Source of the DNA: Myxococcales bacterium
GTDB taxonomy: Bacteria; Myxococcota_A; Polyangia; Nannocystales; Nannocystaceae
Direction of reading: 5' to 3'
DNA: 64,000 bases
Assembly (NCBI GenBank): GCA_020633335.1
Contig: JACKDU010000002.1
Span: 122,730 to 186,729, forward strand
In this document: piece by piece, positions 51,369 through 61,504 of the stretch
Layout of the letters: each line of letters starts with the position of its first letter
How positions within the stretch are numbered: the stretch's first letter is position 1
Notes under the pieces: model-generated
Databases searched by the model: none
The model's input: the letters and a program-made list of their open reading frames with translations, nothing else
What the model was told of the DNA's origin: nothing
Translations under genes and position numbers: made by a program

Positions 51369-51419
51369 GCCGCCGGAGCACTGGCGCGGCCCCGCGCTTT
51401 CGCCTAGGGTATCGCCGCC

Positions 51420-52430
51420 GTGTCGATCCGAGCGCCCTCCACGTCGTTCCCCGCCGCCTTGACGCTCCTCGGGGCGCTCGCCCTCTCGCTCCTCGGCGGC
51501 TCCGCCTGCGGCCGCGCCGACGCGCCCGCCAGCGGCGCCGCGCCGGCCAAGAGCGAGACCGCGGAGACCCCCGCCGCCGACGCGACCGCGGCCAAGGGCA
51601 CGGGCGGCAAGCTCTTCGAGAAGATCGCCGCGCCCCTCGAGTTCCGCGAGGCCGGCGAGGGCCCGCGGGCGCCGACCAGCGACGTCTTCGGCGCCCGGAT
51701 CGGCGCCGCCAAGGTGGCCGACGTCGAGGCCCTGGTGGCCGCCCGCGGCCTCACCTGCAAGGACACCTCGATCCGGGCGATGATGGCCGCGAAGCGCGAG
51801 GCCGAGGCCAAGAAGCGGGCCGAGGGTGGCGAGGACGCGGTCTCGTCCGCCTCGTGGATGAAGAAGAAGAGCAAGCGCGAGGAGAACCCGCAGGTCCGCT
51901 TCGCCTGTCCGACGGTGAAGGCCGAGCAGGTCGGCGATCGCCTGCGGCCGCCCTCGCAGGGGCGCCTCCTCTTCGTCTTTGACAGCGACGAGCACCCCCT
52001 CCGCCACGCCTCCTACCAGCGCTCGCATCGCAGCCACGCGGCCGCGCTCGCCGACTTCGAGGACGCCGTCCAGGCGATGACCGCGATCTTCGGCGAGCCC
52101 AGCGAGCGCCGCGGCGAGCTCCCGGTGGCCGACGCCAAGGGCCAGGTCACCTTCCCGCAGGGCCGCAACCTCGAGGTCCGCTGGACCTTCGCCGACCTCG
52201 TCGTCCGGGTCACGGCGATCCACTTCGGCCAGAAGGTGACGGTCGGCGAGCGGATCGAGGTCCCCCACGGTGTCCGCCCCGACGCCCCGATCCTCGGCAA
52301 GACCGACCTCCCGCCGCCGCCGCCCCCGACCCCGGCCTTCGTCGCGCCGCCGCCCGCCGAGCCCCCGCCGGCGCCGAAGCTGAGCCCCGAGGAGGAGGCC
52401 GCGCTCGCCAAGAAGATGGCCCAGCAGTAG
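51420..52430 (+). CDS. hypothetical lipoprotein
   Basis: Lipobox LLGGSACG; Lys/Glu-rich segment; Pro-rich C-terminus. Confidence 0.5.
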   Translation: MSIRAPSTSFPAALTLLGALALSLLGGSACGRADAPASGAAPAKSETAETPAADATAAKGTGGKLFEKIAAPLEFREAGEGPRAPTSDVFGARIGAAKVADVEALVAARGLTCKDTSIRAMMAAKREAEAKKRAEGGEDAVSSASWMKKKSKREENPQVRFACPTVKAEQVGDRLRPPSQGRLLFVFDSDEHPLRHASYQRSHRSHAAALADFEDAVQAMTAIFGEPSERRGELPVADAKGQVTFPQGRNLEVRWTFADLVVRVTAIHFGQKVTVGERIEVPHGVRPDAPILGKTDLPPPPPPTPAFVAPPPAEPPPAPKLSPEEEAALAKKMAQQ

Positions 52431-52442
52431 AGGTCCGGGCGC

Positions 52443-52461
52443 GCGCGGGTGAATTGCCCGC
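52443..52461. terminator. hairpin CGCGGG-TGAATTG-CCCGCG after the lipoprotein gene
   Basis: Perfect 6-bp inverted repeat 13 bp past the stop. Confidence 0.35.
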
Positions 52462-52561
52462 GAGGTCACCACGACCGCGCGGGACCTCGCTCACGCCGTG
52501 TCCCGTCGGCGATTGCGCCTGGAGCCATCGCCCGCCATGATGCGGCCTCCCCCCGCGGCCC

Positions 52562-54337
52562 ATGGACGACTTCCTCCAGACCTTCAACGACGTCCTGAGC
52601 GCGATCAACGGCGTCATCTTCCACGACGTCGTCCTCTTCACGGTCCTCGGCGTCGGCGTCCTCTTCACGATCTGGAGCGGCTTCTGCCAGTACCACGCGC
52701 TCTCGCACGGGGTCTCGGTGATCCGCGGGCGCTACGACGACAAGGACGACCCGGGGGCGATCAACCACTTCCAGGCGCTCTCGGCCGCCCTCTCGGCGAC
52801 CGTCGGCCTCGGCAACATCGGCGGCGTCGCGGTAGCGATCGCCCTCGGCGGCCCCGGGGCGATCTTCTGGATGTGGGTGGTCGGGATCTTCGGCATGGCC
52901 CTCAAGACCACCGAGGTCACCCAGTCGATGCTCTTCCGGAACACCGACGACGCCGACGAGCCCCACGGCGGGCCGATGTGGGTGGTCGAGGAGGGCCTCG
53001 CCAAGCGGAGCCCGCGGCTGCGGCCGCTCGGGCGGGCGATCGGCGTGCTCTTCTGCATCACCCTGCTGATCGCGACGATCACCGGCGGCAACATGTTCCA
53101 GGCCTGGAACGTCGCGGTCGTCACCGAGGAGGGGCTCGGGATCCCGCAGCCGCTGGTCGGCGCGATCCAGGCGGTCCTGGTCGGCGCGGTGATCCTCGGG
53201 GGGATCAAGCGGATCGGCGCGGTCGCCGGGCGGATCGTCCCCTTCATGTGCCTGGTCTACCTGATCGCGTCGTTCTACGTGCTCGGGGTCCACATCGCCG
53301 AGATCCCCGCGATGCTCCGGCTCATCGTCGTCTCGGGGCTCAACCCGGCCGAGGCCGGCGGCGCCTTCGTCGGCGCCTCCTTCGGCCTCGCCTTCCTCTG
53401 GGGGATGAAGCGCGCGCTCTTCTCGAGCGAGGTCGGCCAGGGCTCGTCGCCGATCGCCCACTCGGCGGCGAAGACCGACGAGCCGGTCCGTGAGGGCGTG
53501 GTCGCCGGCCTCGAGCCCTTCATCGACACGATCGTCGTCGCCACCCTGACCTCGCTGGTGATCATGGCCAGCGGCGCCTGGAACCGCGGCGGCGAGGCCA
53601 CGTTCGCCGAGGCCCCGGCCTTCGTCGCCGCCGAGGAGGCCGCCGACAAGGGCCCGCGCTGGATCCCTGGCGAGGTCGCGCTCCCCCGCAAGAGCGCCGA
53701 GGCGGAGGCGATCAGCGGGGCCTGGAAGGAGGGCGACGGGGTCTTCCTGATCGCCCGCTTCGGCGAGGTCGACGAGGCCACCGGCACCGATCTCCAGCGG
53801 GTCAACGGCACCGTCGTCCGCGACGCGGCCGACCGCGACGCCTGGGCGATCCGCTGGTCGCCGGTCGCCACCGCGGCCGCGCCGGTCGCGGTCGGCCCGG
53901 ACATCTACCGCGACTACGTCGGCGCCGCCCTCACCAGCCACGCCTTCGACCGCGTCACCCCGGGCCTCGGCAAGTGGCTGGTCTTGTTCTCGTCGTGGCT
54001 CTTCGCGGTGTCGACGATGATCTCGTGGTCGTACTACGGCGAGCAGGGCGTCGTGTACATGGGCGGCCAGCGCTGGGTGATCCCCTACAAGATCATCTAC
54101 TGCGCGGCGATCGTCCTGGCGACCGTCGGCCTCGTGACCACCGACGCCGAGCTCGACAACCTCACGACCCTCGGCACCGGCGTGATGCTGGTGGTCAACA
54201 TCCCGATCATGCTCCTCTTCGGCGCGTCGACGATGAAGGCCTACCGGCGCTACTTCGCGCGGCTGCGGGCCGGCGACTTCGAGAAGCACAAGGCGCCGCC
54301 GATCACCGAGGTGATCGAGGGGCACGACCACGAGTAG
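52562..54337 (+). CDS. alanine/glycine:cation symporter (AGCS family)
   Basis: INHFQALSAALSATVGLGNIGGVAVAIALGGPGAIFWMWVVGIFGMALKTTE is the AGCS signature region; multiple TM segments. Confidence 0.85.
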   Translation: MDDFLQTFNDVLSAINGVIFHDVVLFTVLGVGVLFTIWSGFCQYHALSHGVSVIRGRYDDKDDPGAINHFQALSAALSATVGLGNIGGVAVAIALGGPGAIFWMWVVGIFGMALKTTEVTQSMLFRNTDDADEPHGGPMWVVEEGLAKRSPRLRPLGRAIGVLFCITLLIATITGGNMFQAWNVAVVTEEGLGIPQPLVGAIQAVLVGAVILGGIKRIGAVAGRIVPFMCLVYLIASFYVLGVHIAEIPAMLRLIVVSGLNPAEAGGAFVGASFGLAFLWGMKRALFSSEVGQGSSPIAHSAAKTDEPVREGVVAGLEPFIDTIVVATLTSLVIMASGAWNRGGEATFAEAPAFVAAEEAADKGPRWIPGEVALPRKSAEAEAISGAWKEGDGVFLIARFGEVDEATGTDLQRVNGTVVRDAADRDAWAIRWSPVATAAAPVAVGPDIYRDYVGAALTSHAFDRVTPGLGKWLVLFSSWLFAVSTMISWSYYGEQGVVYMGGQRWVIPYKIIYCAAIVLATVGLVTTDAELDNLTTLGTGVMLVVNIPIMLLFGASTMKAYRRYFARLRAGDFEKHKAPPITEVIEGHDHE

Positions 54338-54349
54338 GCGGGGCGACGA

Positions 54350-55587
54350 TGCTCAAGCTCAAGCGCCTCAAGATCCTCCACTACCGGAACGTCAAGCCGG
54401 GCTGCGAGCTGAGCTTCGACGACGGCCTCAACCTGGTGCTGGGCAAGAACGCGTCCGGCAAGACGACCCTCCTGGCCCTGCTCTCGGCGGTCTGTCGGTC
54501 GGTCTTCGAAGGGATCAAGCACGAGGAATTCGAGCTCGAGTACACCCTCTCGAACGACGCATTCTCGGTCGAAGCGAAGGTCTCGCACCGGCAGGTACCG
54601 ACGACGGACGACGAGCAGCAGATCGGCGCAGGGCCGCTCTGGGATGATCACTACGAGACAACCTTCACCGACCTGCTCACAGGAGAGGAGCTGTCGATCG
54701 ACAGCGAGCGGGCGAGTCGACACCGACGTGTCGACCTCATCATGGAGTGGTCCTTCATCGCCGCGCTCCTCTCGAACCGGAAGGAGTCCTGGACAGACCT
54801 GCGGAACGAGCTCTTTCGCAGCTTCGGGTCGGCGTTCCGATTTGATGAGTCGCTCGACTGCTTCGCCTCGATGACCGGTCGTCAGAGCGTCCTGGGTGGA
54901 CCCGAGTCGCCGCCCTTGGCCCGGAAGGGCTACACCTCACGGCGAGGGCTCCACGTCACCGATGGCGAGTTCATTCCTCCATCCCTCTCAAATGCACTGG
55001 GACATGTGTTCCGGCTCGCAGATCCTGACGCGGACCTCTCGGTCGACGACGCAGCCAAGAACTTCACCGACAAGGCCGCGACGCTCATGGATGTTCAGAA
55101 CGTGGTTGTGAAGCCGAGAGTCACCGAGCGTCGGATCACGTCCCACGAACGCTCGATCTCGGCAGAGGGCTTCACGTTCGAGGTCACCCGCCCTGACGGA
55201 ACCACGATCCATCACGACCGCCTGAGCTACGGCCAGAAGCGCCTGCTCTCGTTCCTCTACTACCTCGAATGCAACCCATCCGTCGTGATCGCCGACGAGC
55301 TCGTCAACGGCCTCCACCACCGATGGATCGACGCCTGCATGAAGGAGATCGGCTCGCGGCAGGCGTTCCTCACGAGCCAGAACCCGCTCCTCTTCGACTA
55401 CGCTGACTTCGAGTCCGTGGAGCAGGTCATGCACCGCTTCATCGTCTGCGACCTCGAGATGGTCGATGACCGCGAGATGCTGGTCTGGCGCAACATGAGT
55501 CACGGCGACGCGGAGGTCTTCTTTCGAGCCTATGAGGCCGGGATCGAGCACGTCGGTGACATCCTGATCACCCGGGGCCTCTGGTGA
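54350..55587 (+). CDS. ABC-type (OLD/AAA_21/AAA_15-like) ATPase, candidate defence-system ATPase
   Basis: N-terminus MLKLKRLKILHYRNV...LNLVLGKNASGKTTLL (Walker A). LSYGQKRLLSF is an ABC signature-like motif. VVIADELVNGLHH is Walker B plus an H-loop. GC about 60% versus about 72% in flanks, with AT-ending codons (estimated by eye). Confidence 0.75.
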
Positions 55588-56402
55588 GCGAGCCCCCTTC
55601 AAAGATCTCGCTCCTGCTCCTGACGGAAGACAGCGGCAAGGAGGCGGAGTCTGCGCTCCGCGCCTTTCTCGACCGCCTGCTCCGTCGAGTCGTCGCAGGC
55701 GCCAGCGTCGATGCTGGGAGCTGGGATCCCGCCGAAGGCGATGTCCGCGCCGTTGTGCGTGGCAACGCGTGGAAGAGCCCGGCACGGAGGGAGCTCGTTC
55801 AGCTTCGTCAGTACATCGCGGCCAAGCTCCGTAGCCCCGGCGGCTTCGTCTTCTTCCATTTTGACGGCGACCGACCCTACCGCGACCGTGAAGCCAGCGA
55901 GAACATCAAGAAATTCAACGAGCTGATCCAGAAGCACGTCCGGGACATCCTCGGAGGTCCTCCGCCGATGCGCCGACCTCGGAGACACGCTTCGGCGCCC
56001 CCAGTACCGACGGCTCCCCTCATGGAGAAGCTGATCCCGATCGTCCCCTTCTACAGCGTTGAGGCCTGGTACTTCCAGAACACGGAGCGGGCGCTCGCCC
56101 ACTGCCTGGCCAATCCGAAGTGCCGCGGGGGATGCCAGGCCACGCTCGCTACCTGGACGGCGGACCGAGGTGCGCTCGACGAGCTCATCAAGCCGAAAGA
56201 AGCGCTCTGCTTCCGCGCGGGGCACAACCTCGACCTCGCACGCACCTCCTATCCGCTCGACAGCGTCCTCGCCGCGCGGAAGTCACTCCATGATCTCGTC
56301 GCTCAGCTCTCGGCATGTGCACCGCTGCGCGAGGCGCTCGAAGCCACGCGCCCCCCCTGGTGGCACGAGCCCGAGCCCCCCAGGGGTCAAGCGGACACAT
56401 GA
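55584..56402 (+). CDS. partner protein with TOPRIM-like acidic motifs; candidate nuclease component
   Basis: The GTG start overlaps the ATPase stop by 4 nt (GTGA). LLLLTEDSGKEAE places a Glu after a hydrophobic strand, as in the TOPRIM E. FVFFHFDGDRPY provides the DxD. Lower GC, like its partner. Confidence 0.55.
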   Translation: MSEPPSKISLLLLTEDSGKEAESALRAFLDRLLRRVVAGASVDAGSWDPAEGDVRAVVRGNAWKSPARRELVQLRQYIAAKLRSPGGFVFFHFDGDRPYRDREASENIKKFNELIQKHVRDILGGPPPMRRPRRHASAPPVPTAPLMEKLIPIVPFYSVEAWYFQNTERALAHCLANPKCRGGCQATLATWTADRGALDELIKPKEALCFRAGHNLDLARTSYPLDSVLAARKSLHDLVAQLSACAPLREALEATRPPWWHEPEPPRGQADT

Positions 56403-56509
56403 CGTCGGCGCGCTTCCGCGCGCCGCTTGACCCGCCGCCGCGCGCCGACGCCCCGCCCACGCGTCACCGTTGACCTCGCCCCCGGGCCTCGATACTCGGA
56501 GGTCCGCGC

Positions 56510-59503
56510 GTGGCGTCGACGTTCACAGGCAGCGGCGATCCCGAGGACTCGCTGGCCATCACCCAGGAGGCGTCGCTGCATACGCCGACCTTCGGGGTCG
56601 ACGACACCCTCGCCTCGCCGCGCGAGGTGACCCTCCCCGGCGGCCTCCGTGACGAGCGCGACGACCTCGCGCGGGGCGATCTGATCGGCCGCTACGTGAT
56701 CCTCGATCGCCTCGGCGCCGGCGGCATGGGGGTGGTCTACGCCGCCTTCGATCCCGAGCTCGATCGCAAGGTGGCGATCAAGCTCCTCCACTCGAGCGCC
56801 GCCGCCGAGAGCGAGGGCAGCCGCATGCGCCTCCTCCGCGAGGCCCAGGCGCTCGCCAAGCTCAGCCACCCCAACGTCGTCACGATCCACGACGTCGGCA
56901 CCTTCGGCGATCACGTGTGGCTGGCGATGGAGCACGTCGAGGGCCGCACCCTCGGGGCCTGGCGGCGCGCGCGGGCGCGGCGCTGGCAGGAGATCCTGGC
57001 GGTCGTCCTCGACGCCGGCCGCGGGCTCGCGGCGGCCCACGCCGCCGGCCTGATCCACCGCGACGTCAAGCCGGAGAACATCATGGTCGGCGTCGACGGC
57101 CGGGTGCGGATGATGGACTTCGGCCTCGCCCGGGCGACCGGCGGCGACGACGAGCCCCCAAGGACCCTGCCGGAGCGGGCGCTCGCCACCAGCGGCGACC
57201 TCGCGGTCTTGTCGCTGCGGATCACCCAGGCGGGCTCGATGATGGGGACCCCGGCCTACATGTCCCCGGAGAGCCTGAGCGGGGCCGAGGCCGACGCCCG
57301 CTCCGACCTCTTCGGCTTCTGCGCGACCCTCTGGGAGGCGCTCTACGGCGAGACACCCTTCGCCGGCCGGACCCTCAGCGAGCTCACCACCAACGTCGAG
57401 GGCGGCAAGCTACGGCCGATCCCGCGGGGCTCGACGGTCCCCGGCTGGGTGCGCCGCCTCTGCGAGCGAGGCCTCGCCGCCGACCCCGGGCAGCGGCCAC
57501 CCTCGATCGACGCGCTCCTCGCCGACTTCGCCCGCGGGCAGGGCCGGAGCCGGCGCTGGCGCTGGATCGCCGTCGCCGGCGCGCTGGCGCTGGCGAGCGG
57601 CGCCGGGCTCGGCTGGCGGGCGATCGAGCTCGAGGCCAAGCGCGCCCGCTGCGAGGCCGCCGGCGCGGCGATCGACGAGGCCTGGAACGACGCCGCCCGC
57701 GAGCGCCTCCGCCGCGGGCTCCTCGACTCCGGGGCGCCGATCGCCGAGGACGTCAACCGGCGCATGCACCCCTGGCTCGACGCCTGGACCGCCTCGTGGC
57801 GCGAGACCCGGAGCGTCCTCTGCCGGGCCGCCGAGATCGACGGCGCCTGGTCGCCCGACCTCTACGAGCGCGCCCAGAGCTGCCTCGACGAGCAGCGCGA
57901 CGGCCTCGTCGGCCTCCTCGAGGGGCTCGCCGACGCCCCGCCCGGATCGGTGTGGTACGCGGTGCCGATCGCCGCCGGCCTCCCGCGGGTCGACGCCTGC
58001 ACTGAGCGCGCGCTCCTCGAGCGCCGACCGCCGCCGCCCCCCGAGGCGGTGCGCGATCAGGTCGCCGAGCTCCGACGCAGGCTCATGGTCGTCATCGGCC
58101 TCCACGAGGCCGGCCGCTTCACCGAGGCGATGACCCGGGCCGAGGCGCTCCTCGCCGACGTCCAGGCGCTCGGCGATCCGCCCCTCGAGATCCAGGTGCG
58201 GGTCCAGGTCGGCGGCCTCGCCTCCTCCCTCGGCGACCTCGAGCGGGCCGAGGCGATGCTCACCGACGTCTTCGTCGACGCCGGCGCCCTCGGGATGGAC
58301 GAGGTCGCGGTCGACGCGGCCAACCGCCTGATCTTCACCGTCGGCTACCGGGCCGCCCGCCACCGCGAGGGCCTCCTCTGGAGCCGCGCCGCCGAGATGC
58401 TGATCCGCCGCCTCGGCCAGGCCAAGCGCTCGCGCGGGGCGACGGTCCTCAATTCGGTCGCCAACATCCACTACGCGCTCGGCGACTACGAGGCCTCGCA
58501 GCGCCTCTTCGAGGAGGCGCTGGCGATCAACGAGGCGGAGCTCGGCGAGTCCCACCCGCTCGTCGCCGACAACCTCACCAACCTCGCCGACGTCTTCTAC
58601 GCCCGCGGCGAGCTCGACCGCGCCGAGGCGACCTACGCCCGCAGCCTGGCGATCAGCGCCGAGACCCTCGGCCCCCTCCACCCCAACCGCGGCTACGCGC
58701 TCAACAACCTGGCGACCGTCCACTACAGCCGCGGCGAGCTCGAGGAGGCGCGGCCCCTCCTCGAGCAGGCGCTGACGATCTTCGAGGCGACCTACGGCCC
58801 CGACAACCCCGAGCTCGCCAACACCCTGAACAACCTCGCCAACATCGACCGGGTGAGCGGCGCCCTCGACCGCGCGCGCGCCCGCTACGGCCGCGCGGTC
58901 GCCCTCATCGAGGGGAGCCTCGGCGGCGAGCACCCGGCGCTGGCGACCCCCCTCGACAACCTCGGCACCGTCCACTGGCTGGCCGGCGAGCCCGACGAGG
59001 CGGCGCCCCTCTTCGCGCGGGCGCTGCAGATCCGCGAGGCCGCTCTCGGGCCCGAGCACCCCGAGGTCGCGACCTCGCTCCTCCACCTCGCCGAGGTCCA
59101 GCTCGCCGACGGCGACCTCGCGGCGGCCTCCGCCGGCTTCGCCCGCGCGCGGGCGATCCGCGAGGCCGCCCTCGGGGCCGAGAACGCCGGCGTCGGCGAG
59201 GCGCTCGCCGGCCTCGCCGAGGTCGCGCTCGCCGAGGGCCGGGTCGTCGACGCCCGCGCCGGCCTCGAGGACGCGCTCACCCGCCTGAAGGGCGACGCGC
59301 CGTCGACGATCGCGGCCGCCGCCCGCGCCCGCTTCGCCCTCGCCCGCGCGCTCTCGCGGCCGCCGGCGGCCGATCCGACCCGCGCCCGCGCGCTCGCCGA
59401 GGCCGCCCGCGACGCCCTCCGGGAGAGCCCGAGCGAGCGCCGCGCGCTCCTCGTGATCGAGGCCTGGCTCCGCGACCAGGGCGGGTCCGCGGCCAAGGGC
59501 TAG
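56510..59503 (+). CDS. Ser/Thr protein kinase with C-terminal TPR array
   Basis: GAGGMGVVY, VAIKLL, HRDVKPENIMV, DFGLA, TPAYMSPE, TM segment WIAVAGALALA, then about 10 TPR-like repeats (LNNLA...Y..G). Confidence 0.85.
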   Translation: MASTFTGSGDPEDSLAITQEASLHTPTFGVDDTLASPREVTLPGGLRDERDDLARGDLIGRYVILDRLGAGGMGVVYAAFDPELDRKVAIKLLHSSAAAESEGSRMRLLREAQALAKLSHPNVVTIHDVGTFGDHVWLAMEHVEGRTLGAWRRARARRWQEILAVVLDAGRGLAAAHAAGLIHRDVKPENIMVGVDGRVRMMDFGLARATGGDDEPPRTLPERALATSGDLAVLSLRITQAGSMMGTPAYMSPESLSGAEADARSDLFGFCATLWEALYGETPFAGRTLSELTTNVEGGKLRPIPRGSTVPGWVRRLCERGLAADPGQRPPSIDALLADFARGQGRSRRWRWIAVAGALALASGAGLGWRAIELEAKRARCEAAGAAIDEAWNDAARERLRRGLLDSGAPIAEDVNRRMHPWLDAWTASWRETRSVLCRAAEIDGAWSPDLYERAQSCLDEQRDGLVGLLEGLADAPPGSVWYAVPIAAGLPRVDACTERALLERRPPPPPEAVRDQVAELRRRLMVVIGLHEAGRFTEAMTRAEALLADVQALGDPPLEIQVRVQVGGLASSLGDLERAEAMLTDVFVDAGALGMDEVAVDAANRLIFTVGYRAARHREGLLWSRAAEMLIRRLGQAKRSRGATVLNSVANIHYALGDYEASQRLFEEALAINEAELGESHPLVADNLTNLADVFYARGELDRAEATYARSLAISAETLGPLHPNRGYALNNLATVHYSRGELEEARPLLEQALTIFEATYGPDNPELANTLNNLANIDRVSGALDRARARYGRAVALIEGSLGGEHPALATPLDNLGTVHWLAGEPDEAAPLFARALQIREAALGPEHPEVATSLLHLAEVQLADGDLAAASAGFARARAIREAALGAENAGVGEALAGLAEVALAEGRVVDARAGLEDALTRLKGDAPSTIAAAARARFALARALSRPPAADPTRARALAEAARDALRESPSERRALLVIEAWLRDQGGSAAKG

Positions 59504-59549
59504 ACCTGTCCATCAAGACAGGTATTAAAAACATGTCCCTTCGGACATG
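59504..59549. repeat. two palindromes ACCTGTC-CATCAA-GACAGGT and CATGTCC-CTTC-GGACATG flanking an AT-rich TATTAAAAA; likely bidirectional terminator
   Basis: Read directly in the 55-bp gap between convergent stops 59503 and 59559. On the minus-strand transcript the second hairpin is followed by UUUUUAAU. Confidence 0.65.
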
Positions 59550-59558
59550 ATCGTGTGA

Positions 59559-60347
59559 TCACTCGATCGTCGCCGGCGCGTCGTCGACGGGATCGCCAGG
59601 GAGCCCAGACCAGAGGCGGACCGCCAGCCCGGCCGCCGGCGGCCGCCGGAGCGCGAGGGCGACCGGGTGGGCCTCCCCGAGATCGAAGCGGCGGAAGCTC
59701 CAGCTCGCGGGGTCATCCTCGAGATCGGGCGCGAAGTCGATCCGGATCGCCGCCCCGGGCGCGCCGACCTCGAACCAGAAGCGATCGAGCCCGAGGGAGA
59801 TGCCGATCCCGCGGGCCTTGATGTAGGCCTCCTTGAGCGTCCAGTAGTCGAAGAAGCGGCGGGCGAGCGCCTCCCCCTCCAGCCCCTCGAGGGCCGCGAC
59901 CTCCGGGGCCGCGAAGAAGTGATCGGCGATCCCCCGGAGGTTGCCCCGGCGCCTGCGGGCCTCGACGTCGACGCCGATCTCGCCGCGCGCGAGGGCGAGG
60001 ACCGCCCGCCCGTCGGTGTGCGAGAGGTTGAAGCGGAGCCCCTCGAGGCCGTGGGCGGCCGCCTGCGCCGCCTCGATCTCCGGGCGCCCGTGCGCGCCGA
60101 TCGAGAAGCGCCAGGCCGCCGGCTCGATCACCGGCGCGTAGCGGGTGAGCGTCCCCCGCACCAGCGCCCGGGCGATCAGGAAGGCGTGGCGGTGACGCTC
60201 GAAGATGAAGCGCTGGCGCCGGGCCTCCTCGTCGGGGCTGAGCCAGGCGGCGTAGCGGGCGAGGCGCTCGGCGGCGGTCAGCCCCTCCGGATCGACCTCC
60301 CAGACGTGGATCTCCCCCTCCCCGAGCTCGATCGCCGACTCCTGCAT
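59559..60347 (-). CDS. Sfp-type 4'-phosphopantetheinyl transferase
   Basis: FNLSHT, GVDVE, WTLKEAYIKARG. Confidence 0.8.
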   Translation of the reverse strand: MQESAIELGEGEIHVWEVDPEGLTAAERLARYAAWLSPDEEARRQRFIFERHRHAFLIARALVRGTLTRYAPVIEPAAWRFSIGAHGRPEIEAAQAAAHGLEGLRFNLSHTDGRAVLALARGEIGVDVEARRRRGNLRGIADHFFAAPEVAALEGLEGEALARRFFDYWTLKEAYIKARGIGISLGLDRFWFEVGAPGAAIRIDFAPDLEDDPASWSFRRFDLGEAHPVALALRRPPAAGLAVRLWSGLPGDPVDDAPATIE

Positions 60348-60420
60348 GGCCGCGCCCCGCCCCCCTCCGCGACTTGCGCGGGCCCGCGGGCGCCGACAAG
60401 GTACCATCCAGCGCTCGCCC

Positions 60421-61503
60421 ATGCCCGCCCCAGACAAGCTCGGGATCCTCCTGGTCAACCTCGGCACCCCGGACGCGCCCGAGACCGCCGCCGTCCGCCG
60501 CTACCTCGCCGAGTTCCTGAGCGACCCCCGGGTGATCGACATCCACCCGGTCGCCCGCTGGCTCCTCCTCCACCTGATCATCCTCCGGGTGCGGCCGGCG
60601 AAGTCCGCCCACGCCTACCGGGCGATCTGGGGCCCCGAGGGCTCGCCGCTCCTGGTCCACGGGCGGGCGCTGACGGCCGCCCTCGCGGAGCGCCTGCCCG
60701 CGCACCCGGTCGTCCTGGCGATGCGCTACGGCGCGCCGTCGATCGACGCCGGCCTCCGCGAGCTCGAGGCCGCCGGCTGCGATCGGATCCTCGTCGCCCC
60801 CCTCTTCCCCCACTACGCCTCGTCGTCGACCGGCTCCGCCCTCGAGGCGGTCTACCGAGCGGCGGGCGAGCGCCTCACCACCCCCTTCCTCCACGTCCTG
60901 CCGCCCTTCTACGACCACCCGGCGTTCATCGACGCGCTCGCCCACCAGGGCGCGCCGCTCCTCGCCGAGCTCCAGCCCGACCACGTCGTCTACTCGTTCC
61001 ACGGGCTCCCGGAGCGCCACCTCACCAACGGCGATCCGAGCGGCGCCCACTGCCTGAAGCGCGAGGCCTGCTGCGCGGCGATCACCGCGGTCAACCGGAG
61101 CTGCTACCGCGCCCAGTGCTACGCGACCGCGCGCGAGCTCGACGCCCGCCTCGGCCTCGGCGCCGGGGCGAGCACCGTCTGCTTCCAGTCGCGCCTCGGC
61201 CGGACCCCGTGGATCCGCCCCTACACCGACGACGTCCTCCTCGAGCTCGCGCAGCGCGGGGTCAAGCGCCTCGCGGTCTTCTGCCCGGCCTTCGTCGCCG
61301 ACTGCCTCGAGACCCTCGAGGAGATCGGGATCCGGGCGCGCGAGACCTTCAAGGCCGCCGGCGGCGAGGAGCTCCGCCTGGTCCCCGGGCTCAACGCCGA
61401 GCCGGTCTGGGTCGACGCGCTGGCGACGATCCTCCGCGAGCACCTCGGCGAGGACGCGCCGGCCCGCCACCACCGCAGCCCCTCGCTGGCGATGGCGACC
61501 TGA
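60421..61503 (+). CDS. hemH: ferrochelatase
   Basis: ILLVNLGTPD, LAMRYGAPSI, PLFPHYASSSTGS, HGLPE; standard ferrochelatase motifs. Confidence 0.85.
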   Translation: MPAPDKLGILLVNLGTPDAPETAAVRRYLAEFLSDPRVIDIHPVARWLLLHLIILRVRPAKSAHAYRAIWGPEGSPLLVHGRALTAALAERLPAHPVVLAMRYGAPSIDAGLRELEAAGCDRILVAPLFPHYASSSTGSALEAVYRAAGERLTTPFLHVLPPFYDHPAFIDALAHQGAPLLAELQPDHVVYSFHGLPERHLTNGDPSGAHCLKREACCAAITAVNRSCYRAQCYATARELDARLGLGAGASTVCFQSRLGRTPWIRPYTDDVLLELAQRGVKRLAVFCPAFVADCLETLEEIGIRARETFKAAGGEELRLVPGLNAEPVWVDALATILREHLGEDAPARHHRSPSLAMAT

Positions 61504-61504
61504 G

